DNA of 64,000 nt from an archaeon. Lineage in GTDB: Archaea; Nanobdellota; Nanobdellia; Pacearchaeales; GW2011-AR1. A model generated the notes under the pieces. It was not told where the DNA came from, did not search any database, and saw only the letters and a program-made list of their open reading frames with translations. How positions within the stretch are numbered: position 1 is the stretch's first letter; each line of letters begins with the position of its first letter. Shown here one piece after another: positions 28,601 through 35,560 of this stretch. The stretch is from assembly GCA_021107855.1 (NCBI GenBank), contig JAIORZ010000006.1, positions 32,480-96,479 on the forward strand, in the 5' to 3' direction. Both the position numbers and the translations under genes were made by a program.

Positions 28601-30696
28601 TCTCCGTCGTAAAGTCTCATGGAGCAGGTCCAATTATCTCCGAGGGTTGTGTTCCCGCTTAATAAGACGCTGTTGAAGGAGGTTCCATTAGAATAGGTAT
28701 TATTATAGTCAATTGTCAGATTAAGAGCATCGTTTTTATACCATTTTACTGAAACGTTCAAATCGTCTCCGTCTATGTTGTCTAGGATTTCGAAACAATT
28801 AAGGTCTTGGTCGGCTTCATTTGAACCGTTTGTGGAATTTATGCCTGGTGTTGGTGCTGCTGGAGCTCTGTTACCGATGAATCCTGTGATATTTATTCCG
28901 TCAATCCAGCTCTCCTCTCCGTTCTGGCTGAATTCTGATTCGAATCTTAGGGTCACAGAACTATCAATTGTGCAACTTCCGAATTCGGGATTGCTTAGAT
29001 TAATTGTGTGATACTTCCATGTGTTTTCATTTCCAGTTCCGGAACACTGGGAACTGTCGTCAGCAGGGTCATTATTATCTTCAGGGTAGCAAGACCAAAT
29101 AGTTGTTCCGTCACATTTTACATCGAGTTCTTCTCCCCAGTCAATTGTTGTCTCATAAAAAGCCCAGAAGGAAAGTATAATGTAATCACAGGCGGCTCCT
29201 CCCCCACAAATATTGGATAGGTCGAAGGTTTGTTCTGAATACGACCCGGCGGCGTTATCTTTTATTTCTAAGCTCCAAGAGCCTACCCCGCTACATTCCG
29301 TATCATTACAATAACTTCTATCGGCACTTCTTGCACAATCACTTCCTCCGTCAATCCATCCGTCCCAGGGAGCTGTGGAATCGGCTTCAAATCCTGTGAA
29401 ATGAATTTCGTATGAAGGGTCGATTACATAATCAAAGGACACATTCCCTCCGACAACTTTCAAATCAAAGACGTCTTGGGTCCCATCTAATAAATCTAAA
29501 AATATTTTGTATTTTTTGAATTCTTTGATTATTCCAAAGTCAGCAATTTTAGTATTTCCGTCCTTTTCATAAACTTCAACGCTGGCGTTATTTGGAGAGC
29601 TGGCATAAATGGTAATATCTTTTGAGCTATCTAATAATTTTTCGAATTCGACTCTGAGGTATTCCCCATCGGCTATGGAAATCGTGACTCTGTCTTGCAT
29701 CCATACTTCTTCATAGACGTTGGAAATTATTTCCCTTTTAGAATTTAAATGTATGGCATTAGAGATTAGGATGATTTCAAATGTTTGGGTAGATAGGTGG
29801 GGGGCAATCCATTCGATATAATCAATTAAGGAATCGTTATCTAAATCAAAAGCTTTAAAATTTAAACTTATTTTTCCCTCAACCCAATAAACATTTATCA
29901 AATCTTTATTTTCAAGGAGAAATTTCTCTGAAACATTTGTATAGACTAAAACATTTTCATAATGTAAATCAGAAGAAACTTCTACTTCCTTTTTGTTTTC
30001 TGAGATTATTCTTTCTTTCTTTATTGGCGCTGGAGTTTCGTATTCTATTTTTGCACCTTCTGGTAATTCTGATACAGCAATTGTTTTTTCGTCTTCGCTA
30101 GATATTATGTTTGATACGCTTTCTATTAATGATGTTTTTACTTTGAAATCTAATGATTTGTTATTTGATAATATTGAAATATTTGTAGATGATTTGGGAA
30201 TTTTTATTTGTATATTTTTTCCTGAAGGTATTTCTTCTTCCCATTTTACTGGTTTCCCGACTACTATTTGAGAATAATTTTCTTTTGCTTGTTCGATTTT
30301 ATTTATGTTTACTTCTTTATTTGTTTTTGGGATTTCTTCTGTGTTTTCTTCTGGTGTTTCTATTTTATTCTGTTCGTCTTTTTTTGATTTTACTACTTTG
30401 AAAAATATTTGTCTTGACTCTGTCTCTGATTTTATATCTACTACGTAATCTCCTAAGTAATCTGGTTTGAATAAAAAATAGGGTTTGTTTGATTTGTAGA
30501 GGAGTGTTTGTTCTGGTGTTTGGATTGTTATGGCGTAACTGCCTATTTCGCCTATGTTTATTTTGATTTTTTCCCCTAATTCATAAACTTGTTCTGGCAC
30601 AGCCGAGCTTAGGAATATTAAGAAAATTGGTATTATTGCGGTTAAAATTACTATAAATTTCACCGCTCCTACTTTTGACATACATCTTTTATTCAT
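19690..30696 (-). CDS. giant (3668 aa) secreted/surface multidomain protein (adhesin-like). N-terminal signal anchor, MAM-like and ConA/LamG-like (DUF1080-like) beta-sandwich domains, FN3-like modules, about 12 tandem ~95-aa Ig-like repeats, a CARDB domain
   Basis: Uninterrupted 11-kb ORF. Hydrophobic N-terminus. WSLIGGQWQTISGELRQ (DUF1080/ConA-like start). Repeats with YNWSVNLSD / YWNVTCYD / HNWNTTCVD signatures. CARDB-like TEGETITITATVHNLALINATSVQVEFYSG...ETNNKANKTITI. Extreme N-x-S/T density. Confidence 0.85.
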   Translation of the reverse strand: MNKRCMSKVGAVKFIVILTAIIPIFLIFLSSAVPEQVYELGEKIKINIGEIGSYAITIQTPEQTLLYKSNKPYFLFKPDYLGDYVVDIKSETESRQIFFKVVKSKKDEQNKIETPEENTEEIPKTNKEVNINKIEQAKENYSQIVVGKPVKWEEEIPSGKNIQIKIPKSSTNISILSNNKSLDFKVKTSLIESVSNIISSEDEKTIAVSELPEGAKIEYETPAPIKKERIISENKKEVEVSSDLHYENVLVYTNVSEKFLLENKDLINVYWVEGKISLNFKAFDLDNDSLIDYIEWIAPHLSTQTFEIILISNAIHLNSKREIISNVYEEVWMQDRVTISIADGEYLRVEFEKLLDSSKDITIYASSPNNASVEVYEKDGNTKIADFGIIKEFKKYKIFLDLLDGTQDVFDLKVVGGNVSFDYVIDPSYEIHFTGFEADSTAPWDGWIDGGSDCARSADRSYCNDTECSGVGSWSLEIKDNAAGSYSEQTFDLSNICGGGAACDYIILSFWAFYETTIDWGEELDVKCDGTTIWSCYPEDNNDPADDSSQCSGTGNENTWKYHTINLSNPEFGSCTIDSSVTLRFESEFSQNGEESWIDGINITGFIGNRAPAAPTPGINSTNGSNEADQDLNCFEILDNIDGDDLNVSVKWYKNDALNLTIDYNNTYSNGTSFNSVLLSGNTTLGDNWTCSMRLYDGEFFSPWANSSELRIQTYLGEPEISLEVLWPTSSNVYVEQYEFFNVTLNLTCTQGNCGTINVTLDPIVETYNDFETGTEGFEHFALNEKEDQWHISTESTHNGSQAWKCGDTGSGNYLIYSDSILVTPTYDLEDGNHTFDFYHYMYVENNGYDGGLLEYRINETGSWKKFDNFISGGYNANYNDYNGGPDLVDGEAIWGDGYIGSSGSFAHVIANISNFTGENVTFRFHFFADDSVTREGWYIDSVNFTTETPSMNKGIIPVGSGSPFYTNASSNPLTSSYLNEGESQIFTFFVNATGELDSKYYFFAFANSTSNLSNSDITDIWNVTISVDQELPNITISYPTSGDINDATPVLDINLTGPASSLWYNIDGGANETLCTNCNGSSDEVLYLREASYTVNVYVRNPMGEENHESVSFTVNMNNNYYDSFNDSSYVYTSDEIEALNGNITLKLSQDTVINEDFTDSQEWSLIGGQWQTISGELRQTQNANDAIAYYNSFTMDNDTDYNFTYDLYSTDNDYSGFVFGYENSSNYYRCQVRQQAPIDAEIVEVSNGGETTISTTSDGTSYSLSTWTEMKLEIKNHTVSCYVDGVLATQATDVYYPEGKVGIYNDLNDEARHDDFAGIITGGRKSGSFTSYSVDLTDDITKFTNITWNEANSNANNSLTIEVSANDGVHWYEATKNSGLTSITTGDDFIYRVFFDIEDLSYLSLLDLNISWSTTINPPPGIHIEGITTPIEQDFTPIINVTLNSSAAALIMSINGGANETICKNCEGSWIFPIILEEGSSQTITFYANNSVGDTSSNSTSFDVDFDKYYYDTFDDNSSIRETNSIIWDGENMTFYASTSESSPVISWDANDQTGDGTWANSGRSTYSYRNILQSSSINTSGDSVRIKFISGTDGSLGINNPTICERSGSTSDCVGGTWTALEFGGATSYIISASSSQYTDWLNLSIDSSKDYLVSFYVDGTNNAISYLSPASTMVYSASGVDYSGNENWSGLSPAAENLMYGVDTMDVRDVISGGTANFTSHVMNASQGINSISYTGWAETGTNATNNITVQISVDNGANWNTITNGGNLTGFTPGSNLLYRVLYSADSAINISLNDLNITWESPPTITILYPETYIYNTQVIEMNYSITHATGVTLDTCWYSLNLGETNTTMTCNQNITGITSVDGNNTWFIYANDTSGALGIKSVEFTVDTSAPNITFINQTNEDGEIVNSTNPLYEGENLTINVNVSDSSTDSVWVIIWEGAIGGVQKAIIFLSNIFGDLWSGIIETDESFNGSYNYTIYANDTTGLEDSYNGTFDILNLILNLNLNPSTTIGEEDIFMTGYLNLSNGTAIPKNAINFWFNGTFIPLENLTNQGSSENALNFTEDEIEILSDYNNVTYSGGEFTLDGTNTSGNFSGILDAGAKVNWDTVVWSTVAKPCSGTISYQDGDSNSYSSTEDSYVTSANQNTNYGTDAFLTVDSSPDTERSLIKFKDITGYGLNKIPYNSTISSANLSLTVYDTGDNPNFYELLQSWNEEEVTYLYRTSDDLWSSAGFASSPSINTTSLGYMSTASTGTKSLGVTSTVQRWTDRTLSNNGFAIHPIGSGNVLFRSREYTTQADRPKLSVSFSSSDCTGVLIYIRTSNDKISWTDWTEISNGENITDDLNISRYLEYKIEMGAFNSTYSPQLQELTFNYTGAFTDSTGFFNYSFNSTSVFGSYDVNVTSGYKTANANAQSTLNVQSGVAPQVNLVSPTNTTWINSSSWNLTYNATDPNGDFTNATLILNGIYNATNASVISSGNNNFTITGLSSGTYNWSVNLSDVSETNQSETWEFYVDLENPEVTLIFPPNNSDHSVGVINLSFKPTDNMDGNLSCDIVLDGSTIHTGVPALNNTETNVSSGAIGGGAHYWNVTCYDESSRSTTSETWRFTITDTPPTVSLVSPEDNYIDTDGTMNFTYLPDDASGMDHCDLLINGAINETNDSINLGVNNFFIISGFAEGYYNWSITCYDLSLTSNATANRTFGVDLNAPSIVLVNPDNESTSSSGIVNFQFNVTDAIDSNLNCSIYVNNSIDSNLSATSGAITSQNSSLLDDGATYWYVNCTDDSGYSGISETRLVTIEEPPTVFLNNSNMTYHQGNSFTIQFTPYDNTDIDFCTAYLNGVANETVSSGISLGSVNNLEIEGLADGRYTYYVNCSDSYGLAAYSEENVMFIDNNAPDIIAYYPLGIDVYTSNVTFEFEAIDEISEFLVCNLTIDSVVVDANFALANATNASRNISGILDGYREWNVTCWDNASNINTTSVFNFTKYTAPGISLISPPNASWVNTSNFNFTYFPQDDQGFSKTELIINNSVYMTNQTIVTSGANNYFEVTLADGKYNWSVNVTDITLMVGESETWEIYVDTTAPQVDFIYPPEGATVGDNNVTFTFNITENLDDSISCNLSVDGDVEFTGELINGTNIVPILLVDGAHNWNTTCVDDAGNYNSSIIYNFTVYAPPKIYLDSPANDILTTNSTINFSYTPVDALGLVNCSIYIDNKLNQTDSGVIKNIINNFTVSGILEGKHNWSVECTDTDSNINMSVYRNFSRDLSPPLIQLNSPPNNTGVDANDVDTDFNWTATDALDTLLTCNLTVDGNVEEDNVLVTSGFSKLESVSGLSIGQHFWNVTCWDTLGNTNTSLTYVFNRTYPDLQINQSQIFFNSTTPTEGETITITATVHNLALINATSVQVEFYSGDPDTTGTQIGSTQTISVSALNFSNASVVWDAEIGATQIFVKVDPADLITENLETNNKANKTITISSWHLFYGDINPDSELKLADSIEAKIVTWNETGLLNSKIYVADYDSNVDWTTLQAIGKKPSGANSTNDIQEIDTILGSTQFPDSLEALYLNAGEINETQNLTIFGKHIPYIPVTTSINSSSFKTGILWDYSDDTDSEYDTTEKEDIIFVTRISKDTAGSYEVTDYELRVPAKLREYHAATQTSVAFYMEIT

Positions 30697-30697
30697 C

Positions 30698-30871
30698 TTA
30701 TAATTTGCCCTCCTTTTCCTTGAGTAATTTGAGAACGGCCATGTTAATAAAGCTTTTAACGGTCGGGTATTCTATTCTTATTTCTTCTTCTTTAAATAAA
30801 TTTTTTACTCTTTTTAGAAGTTTTTCATCAATCTTGACAGTATTTTGAGATTTCTTCTTCTTAGTCACCAT
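30698..30871 (-). CDS. ribbon-helix-helix (CopG/Arc-like) DNA-binding protein, 57 aa (below the ORF-track size cut-off); overlaps the start of the giant gene
   Basis: MVTKKKKSQNTVKIDEKLLKRVKNLFKEEEIRIEYPTVKSFINMAVLKLLKEKEGKL has beta-strand (VKIDEKLL) plus two helices typical of RHH. Its stop at 30698-30700 overlaps the giant gene ATG at 30694-30696. Confidence 0.6.
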   Translation of the reverse strand: MVTKKKKSQNTVKIDEKLLKRVKNLFKEEEIRIEYPTVKSFINMAVLKLLKEKEGKL

Positions 30872-30890
30872 TGGTGACTATTGGTGACTG
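30864..30890. promoter_or_regulatory. putative RHH operator: perfect palindrome GTCACCATTGGTGAC plus an adjacent direct repeat TATTGGTGAC, overlapping the RHH start codon and downstream of a TTTATAAA box
   Basis: AGTCACCATTGGTGACTATTGGTGACTG; a TATA-like TTTATAAAA sits at ~30893-30901 on the same promoter. Confidence 0.45.
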
Positions 30891-31001
30891 CCGTTTATAA
30901 AAGTAGTGATTAAGTGGTAAATTATAGATGTATGTTTGATTTTTGTTTACTGGGTTTGTGATTCTTGGGTGGAATTGTTCTTGTAAGAATTTAAGAATAT
31001 A

Positions 31002-31955
31002 CTAATAGGGAATGGATGATTGTTGATTACCGTATTCTGTTAAATTTTTGAATTCATTTTTTGTGTGTTTTCTTTTTCTGATAAAAAATATTGATACCAG
31101 AGTGATTATGAACATGATTAAAAGTAGAAATAATGCGATTATTCCCATGTTTTGAAGTGCTATATTTTTAGTAACTACAAAGTTGCTTTGTGTCAGTGCG
31201 GGCTCTGTTTGCCCTTCATAAGTTAGTTCTATTATCCAAGTGTATTTCCCGACTGGAAGATTAGAAATATTAATTTCTTTGATAAATTCTGTTTGTGTCT
31301 CAATGGAGAGTGTTTCTTTTTCTTCGTAAACTATTTCTTCTGTGGAATTTTTGATTTTGTAACTGAGATTGGCGATGACCTCTCCTGGAATTCCAATATT
31401 TATTAAGCCAATGGACCCAGATAATATTTCGTCGGTATATCTTTTTAATATTTTGAGATTGATGTCAAATAGAACTTTTTTTATATTTCGTCCGATTTTG
31501 CATTTCCTTTCTGTGTCTGGCTTGTCTGTTTCTATTCCGCAACTATTGTTATCTGTGCAAGTTCTTGATTGTTTTTTATTTATACATTTTCCCCAATTAC
31601 TACATTCCCATTCTGGGATACAGGCTATGTTGCTACCGCTACTTCCGCCGCCGCCTCCGTTAGGATTAGAGATAGGGGCTGGGAAAGTGAACACTAAGTT
31701 TCTGTTTTCACTTATATTTACTGATTGGCTTGAGGTTTCTTCTGATGTGGTTGCATTAATTAAATAGTTTGAATAGTATATTGTTTCACTCGAATTAGTT
31801 TGTGTATATTCAGTTAGAGTTTGCCCAATTGTTTTTCCGTGTTCATTTGTTAATATTGAAAATTTCTGCTTTCCTTCTTTGTCCCAAGCGGTTATATTTG
31901 TGTTGGGGGTTGGGGCTCCATTTGTGTAGTTTGTAAATATGTCTAAATACCACAT
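31002..31955 (-). CDS. surface protein with poly-Gly/Ser linker, Cys-rich module and C-terminal TM anchor
   Basis: NPNGGGGGSSGSN linker; CIPEWECSNWGKCINKKQSRTCTDNNSCG; C-terminal helix IIALFLLLIMFIITLVSIFFI followed by RKRKHTKNE. Confidence 0.5.
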   Translation of the reverse strand: MWYLDIFTNYTNGAPTPNTNITAWDKEGKQKFSILTNEHGKTIGQTLTEYTQTNSSETIYYSNYLINATTSEETSSQSVNISENRNLVFTFPAPISNPNGGGGGSSGSNIACIPEWECSNWGKCINKKQSRTCTDNNSCGIETDKPDTERKCKIGRNIKKVLFDINLKILKRYTDEILSGSIGLINIGIPGEVIANLSYKIKNSTEEIVYEEKETLSIETQTEFIKEINISNLPVGKYTWIIELTYEGQTEPALTQSNFVVTKNIALQNMGIIALFLLLIMFIITLVSIFFIRKRKHTKNEFKNLTEYGNQQSSIPY

Positions 31956-32553
31956 AATGTTTAATGTCCCGTTGGAGCTGCTGGACCAATTTTTTGTTAA
32001 ACTTATGTTTGTAAAATTCCAGTTGCCTTCCTTATTAGTAATAACGCCTGTGGAAAAATTGCAGGATGAAATAAATAGAATAGTTAGTTCTTTTGGTGGT
32101 ACTCCTGGAGTTTATGTTTCTCTTAATAAAACGCAGAGGGCTGCTGAGGGGATACTTCAAAAAAATACGATAGATATAAGTAAATTATTTTTTATAGATT
32201 GTGTTTCGGCGGAAAATACAAAAGAAGATGTTTTGCATATTCCGCCTAATAATTTAAATAATTTGGGCTATGCTATTGGTGATTTTATTAAGGAAATTCC
32301 GGGTAGCAAATTTTTAGTTATAGATGCACTTTCAACTCTTCTTATTTATAATCCAGAAAATAAGGTTGCTGCATTTGTTAAGGAATTAACGGAACGTGCG
32401 TCGAAAGAGGGAGTGGAAGTTATTGCGTTGTCTCCTTCGACAAAGGGGGAAAATCTTCTTAATAAGATATTTAATTTTTTTGATGAGGTGAAAAGAGATG
32501 AAAATGAAGAAAAAGAGGTTAAATATGAAGGGAATGAAGAACTTATATATTAG
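31939..32553 (+). CDS. KaiC/RecA-superfamily-like domain protein without a recognisable P-loop (DUF835-like); true start uncertain
   Basis: Alternating beta/alpha pattern (KFLVIDALSTLLIYNPENKVAAFVKELTERASKEGVEVIALSP) resembles KaiC-like cores; no GxxxxGK[ST]. Confidence 0.3.
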   Translation: MSKYHIMFNVPLELLDQFFVKLMFVKFQLPSLLVITPVEKLQDEINRIVSSFGGTPGVYVSLNKTQRAAEGILQKNTIDISKLFFIDCVSAENTKEDVLHIPPNNLNNLGYAIGDFIKEIPGSKFLVIDALSTLLIYNPENKVAAFVKELTERASKEGVEVIALSPSTKGENLLNKIFNFFDEVKRDENEEKEVKYEGNEELIY

Positions 32554-33112
32554 TTTGTTAATATTAACTGTTTTGTTAATAATTGGAATTTTTTATATCC
32601 CTTTTAAATTTCAGGGATTGGCAGTTCAGGATGGTGTGTTTAATTTGGAAGTTGAAATTCCTTCAATATACAAAACGATGGAGCAGGGAGCAGAAATTCA
32701 TTTTACTACTAAGATTCTTAATCTTGCCGGGGAAAAGAGGATGGATATTTCTTTAAGGTATGAAATAGTTGATGAGGATGCCCAAATAGTTGTTTCGAAG
32801 ACTGAAACTATGGCCATTGAAACGCAAGCTTCTTTTGTTGGTAGCTTGGATATCCCTGAAGATGTAACACAAGGAGACTATGAGCTTCTTGTTACACTCT
32901 TGGTAAATAATACTGAAGAAGCGGAAGGCAGGGGCTCATTTAAGATAATGGAACAAGAGGATAAAACTATGTATTATACATATATTATAATAATTTCAAT
33001 AATTTCTTTGGCTTTGATTATTTATCTTGCGTCAAAATCAAAGATTATTTTGGAGAAACTTAGAACTAGAAGTAAAATACATAAGATGATTAAGAAAAAA
33101 TTGGGTAATTAG
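32498..33112 (+). CDS. bitopic membrane protein (N- and C-terminal TM helices), unknown; probable start further downstream (MKNLYISLL)
   Basis: Hydrophobic helices LYISLLILTVLLIIGIFYI and YTYIIIISIISLALIIYLA flank a beta-rich ectodomain. Confidence 0.4.
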   Translation: MKMKKKRLNMKGMKNLYISLLILTVLLIIGIFYIPFKFQGLAVQDGVFNLEVEIPSIYKTMEQGAEIHFTTKILNLAGEKRMDISLRYEIVDEDAQIVVSKTETMAIETQASFVGSLDIPEDVTQGDYELLVTLLVNNTEEAEGRGSFKIMEQEDKTMYYTYIIIISIISLALIIYLASKSKIILEKLRTRSKIHKMIKKKLGN

Positions 33113-33373
33113 TTTAAAATTTAATATAATAATTTTTCTTTTGTTTTTGAAAACTCTTCATATCTTGTGGCAATTTCTGGATTTTTTTGGAAAAATTTTC
33201 TTAAATCAAAAATAATCTCTTGGATACGATCAAGATTTTCTTCCATTTTCTTAATTTGGTCATTCATTTTCTTAAAATAATTATATCGGATACCTTTATA
33301 GCGATTTATGTGATGAATTATATGTTTTGAGACGCAAGGAAAGGCTTATTAATTTTGATGATATTTTTTTGCT

Positions 33374-33730
33374 ATGGATTTGGAAGGGAGTAAATTATTG
33401 GAAGAAGTTTTGCCGGAAGATTACTTGAAGTTGACCGGTGGGGTAATTGTGCGTAGTTTGAGTGAGTTGGTTGAGGCTTTGGAGAAACTGAGTGATGAGG
33501 AGTTTGGGTTGTATGTTTATGGGGAGCATAATGATTTTGCGGAGTGGATTTTGGAGGCTTATTGGGACGATGAGTTGACTGGAAAGATTTTGGGTATTCG
33601 GGATAGGAAGAAAATGGTGAGGTTTTTGAAACGGGTTTTGAAGAGAGCAGAGAGGGAGAGTGTTTTGAGGATTGAGGCGCCGAAAAGTAAAAAGAGTATT
33701 TTGGGAATTTTGAGGGGTGTTGGCATATGA
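33374..33730 (+). CDS. hypothetical 118-aa protein co-transcribed with the MinD/ParA ATPase
   Basis: 4-nt overlap with the downstream minD-like gene. Confidence 0.4.
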   Translation: MDLEGSKLLEEVLPEDYLKLTGGVIVRSLSELVEALEKLSDEEFGLYVYGEHNDFAEWILEAYWDDELTGKILGIRDRKKMVRFLKRVLKRAERESVLRIEAPKSKKSILGILRGVGI

Positions 33731-34428
33731 AGGGGCGAGTGATTGGAATTATGTCGTTTAAGGGGGGAGTTGGGAAAAGTGTTTCTGCGATTAATTTGGC
33801 TGCGGGTTTGTGTAAGTTGGGGAAGCGGGTTTTAGTTGTGGATGGAAATTTTTTGTCGCCTAGTTTGCATTTTTATTTGGGGCTGCTTGTGCCGGAGAAG
33901 ACTTTGAAAGAGGTTGTTCGTGGTGAGGTTGGGGTTGATAGCGCGATTTATGAGCATAAGTCTGGGATTCATTTGTTGCCGTGTAATTTTTATAAGAAGA
34001 TTGATTTGGGAAAATTCAAGAAGATTGTTGACAATTTGAGGGGGAGGTATGATTATATTATTATGGATTCGGGTCCGAGTTATACCGACGAGATTATTGC
34101 GATTTTGATGGTTTGTGATGAGTTGATTTTTGTTGCTACGCCGGATTATCCTACGTTGGCTGCGACTGTGAAGGCGGCGAAGATTGCGGAATATAAGGGC
34201 GTTCAGGTTCGTGGGATTATTGTGAATCGGAAGAGGAAAGGCTTGGGTTTGAAGGTTGGGGATATTGAGAAAACGGTTGGGCTTTCTGTTGTTGCTGAGG
34301 TTCCGGAGGATGTAAAGATGATTAAGGCTGTCGAGAAATTTGTGCCGGTTGTTGGGGCGTATCGATGGAGTCGGAGTGCGAAGGTTTTTTTAGATTTGTC
34401 GAAGGAGATTTTGGAATCTGTTGATTAG
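33727..34428 (+). CDS. MinD/ParA-family P-loop ATPase
   Basis: Deviant Walker A KGGVGKSVSAINLAAGL; DYIIMDSGPS Walker B region. Confidence 0.8.
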   Translation: MKGRVIGIMSFKGGVGKSVSAINLAAGLCKLGKRVLVVDGNFLSPSLHFYLGLLVPEKTLKEVVRGEVGVDSAIYEHKSGIHLLPCNFYKKIDLGKFKKIVDNLRGRYDYIIMDSGPSYTDEIIAILMVCDELIFVATPDYPTLAATVKAAKIAEYKGVQVRGIIVNRKRKGLGLKVGDIEKTVGLSVVAEVPEDVKMIKAVEKFVPVVGAYRWSRSAKVFLDLSKEILESVD

Positions 34429-35477
34429 TCTTCTGTTCTGGATTTTGCTAGAAGGGCTAGGCTTAATGCTGATATTGATATACCTGATACCATTGTAAAA
34501 GTTGCGATTGCGGGGGAGAATCCTAGCGCTTGAACATCTAGATATGCTATCATGAGATTGAATCCTATCATCTCTAATGCTATTTCTTTGATGAATTTGC
34601 CCCCGACGAACATGAGTAATATTGCTATGAGAAATGGTAGAATTATTCCGCCTAATATCCATCCTTGTTTTTGTGAATTGCCGGAGCAGTTTACTTCTGT
34701 GCGAGGGAGGAATCCTGCTTCGTAGACTATTTTGGTGTTTTCGCAGTCTGAAAATTTTGCGACTGTTATGTGTCCGAGTTCGTGGATAGTGACTGTTCCG
34801 ATGAAGATAAAATTTGTGATTATTACTATGAAAATGAGATGTTTTAGGAAATGTAGGACTGGGGATTTTGCTTTTCGTGTAGTATAAGAGCGACGGCTGG
34901 GGATTTTTTGGAGGAATTTTAGAAAAGGTATTGTAAATGTTAGGAATAGGATTACTGAAATAAGAATTAGAATTGGTGTTATATTTTTCCAGAGGATTGC
35001 GAAGATGTAGAGAAGGAGTGAGACTGAGGTGTAGAGGATTATGTATCTTGTGGTGTTTTTGTGGAGACTTATTATTGAGAGGAAAGCTAAGAGGGTGATG
35101 AAAAGGGATGTCGGAATTGCGAAGTGGATTGACATGGGGGCGAAGGATATTAGTAGGATTAAGGATGAAAAGGGAAAGAGAGCGTAAAAGATTTTTTTGT
35201 CTTTTGTGATTTTGTAGAGGATTGTTAAGAGGCAGGCGGTTTGGATTGTTAGTATTATTGAGAAAACTATGAGAAAGTCTGTTGAGTTGAAGATGAAGGA
35301 ATTGGTTGCCCAGAGAAAAAGGACTGTTGCGAATGTGATGTATGTTAGTCCGAGAATTATTAGGGGGATTTCTTTGGAGTTGAAGGATGAGGTTCGGATT
35401 TCTTTTATGAGGAATAAGGATATTACTAGAAATATTGCGAGAGCTATGAAGGAGGATGCGAGGAGCATTATTTCCAT
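34425..35477 (-). CDS. polytopic membrane zinc metalloprotease candidate (S2P/M50-like)
   Basis: 8-9 TM helices; HELGH inside a predicted TM segment; downstream FNLMIAYLD resembles the S2P NxxPxxxLD(G) motif. Confidence 0.45.
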   Translation of the reverse strand: MEIMLLASSFIALAIFLVISLFLIKEIRTSSFNSKEIPLIILGLTYITFATVLFLWATNSFIFNSTDFLIVFSIILTIQTACLLTILYKITKDKKIFYALFPFSSLILLISFAPMSIHFAIPTSLFITLLAFLSIISLHKNTTRYIILYTSVSLLLYIFAILWKNITPILILISVILFLTFTIPFLKFLQKIPSRRSYTTRKAKSPVLHFLKHLIFIVIITNFIFIGTVTIHELGHITVAKFSDCENTKIVYEAGFLPRTEVNCSGNSQKQGWILGGIILPFLIAILLMFVGGKFIKEIALEMIGFNLMIAYLDVQALGFSPAIATFTMVSGISISALSLALLAKSRTED

Positions 35478-35560
35478 TGGTGTGGAAAGGTGATACTCTT
35501 TAAAAGTTTGAGTATATAATAAAAAATTGCCCCCCTTTCGGGGAGCTTGATTTTGTAGGT

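Noticed and set aside
19690-30696. Dozens of 60-130-aa plus-strand ORFs inside the giant gene (e.g. 20273-20467, 24869-25210, 25259-25642)
   Set aside because: Antisense to an uninterrupted, domain-rich 11-kb ORF; no independent signals; the compositions are mirror images of the N/T/S-rich sense strand.
33121-33267. 48-aa minus-strand K/E-rich ORF (MNDQIKKMEENLDRIQEIIFDLRKFFQKNPEIATRYEEFSKTKEKLLY) in the 33113-33373 intergenic region
   Set aside because: Plausible small coiled-coil protein but no homolog, RBS or conservation evidence; an AT-rich intergenic region easily yields such ORFs by chance.
34390-34662. 90-aa minus-strand ORF overlapping the 3' end of the MinD-like gene and the start of the metalloprotease region
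   Set aside because: R/N/S-rich shadow ORF in an alternative frame of the well-supported membrane protease gene.
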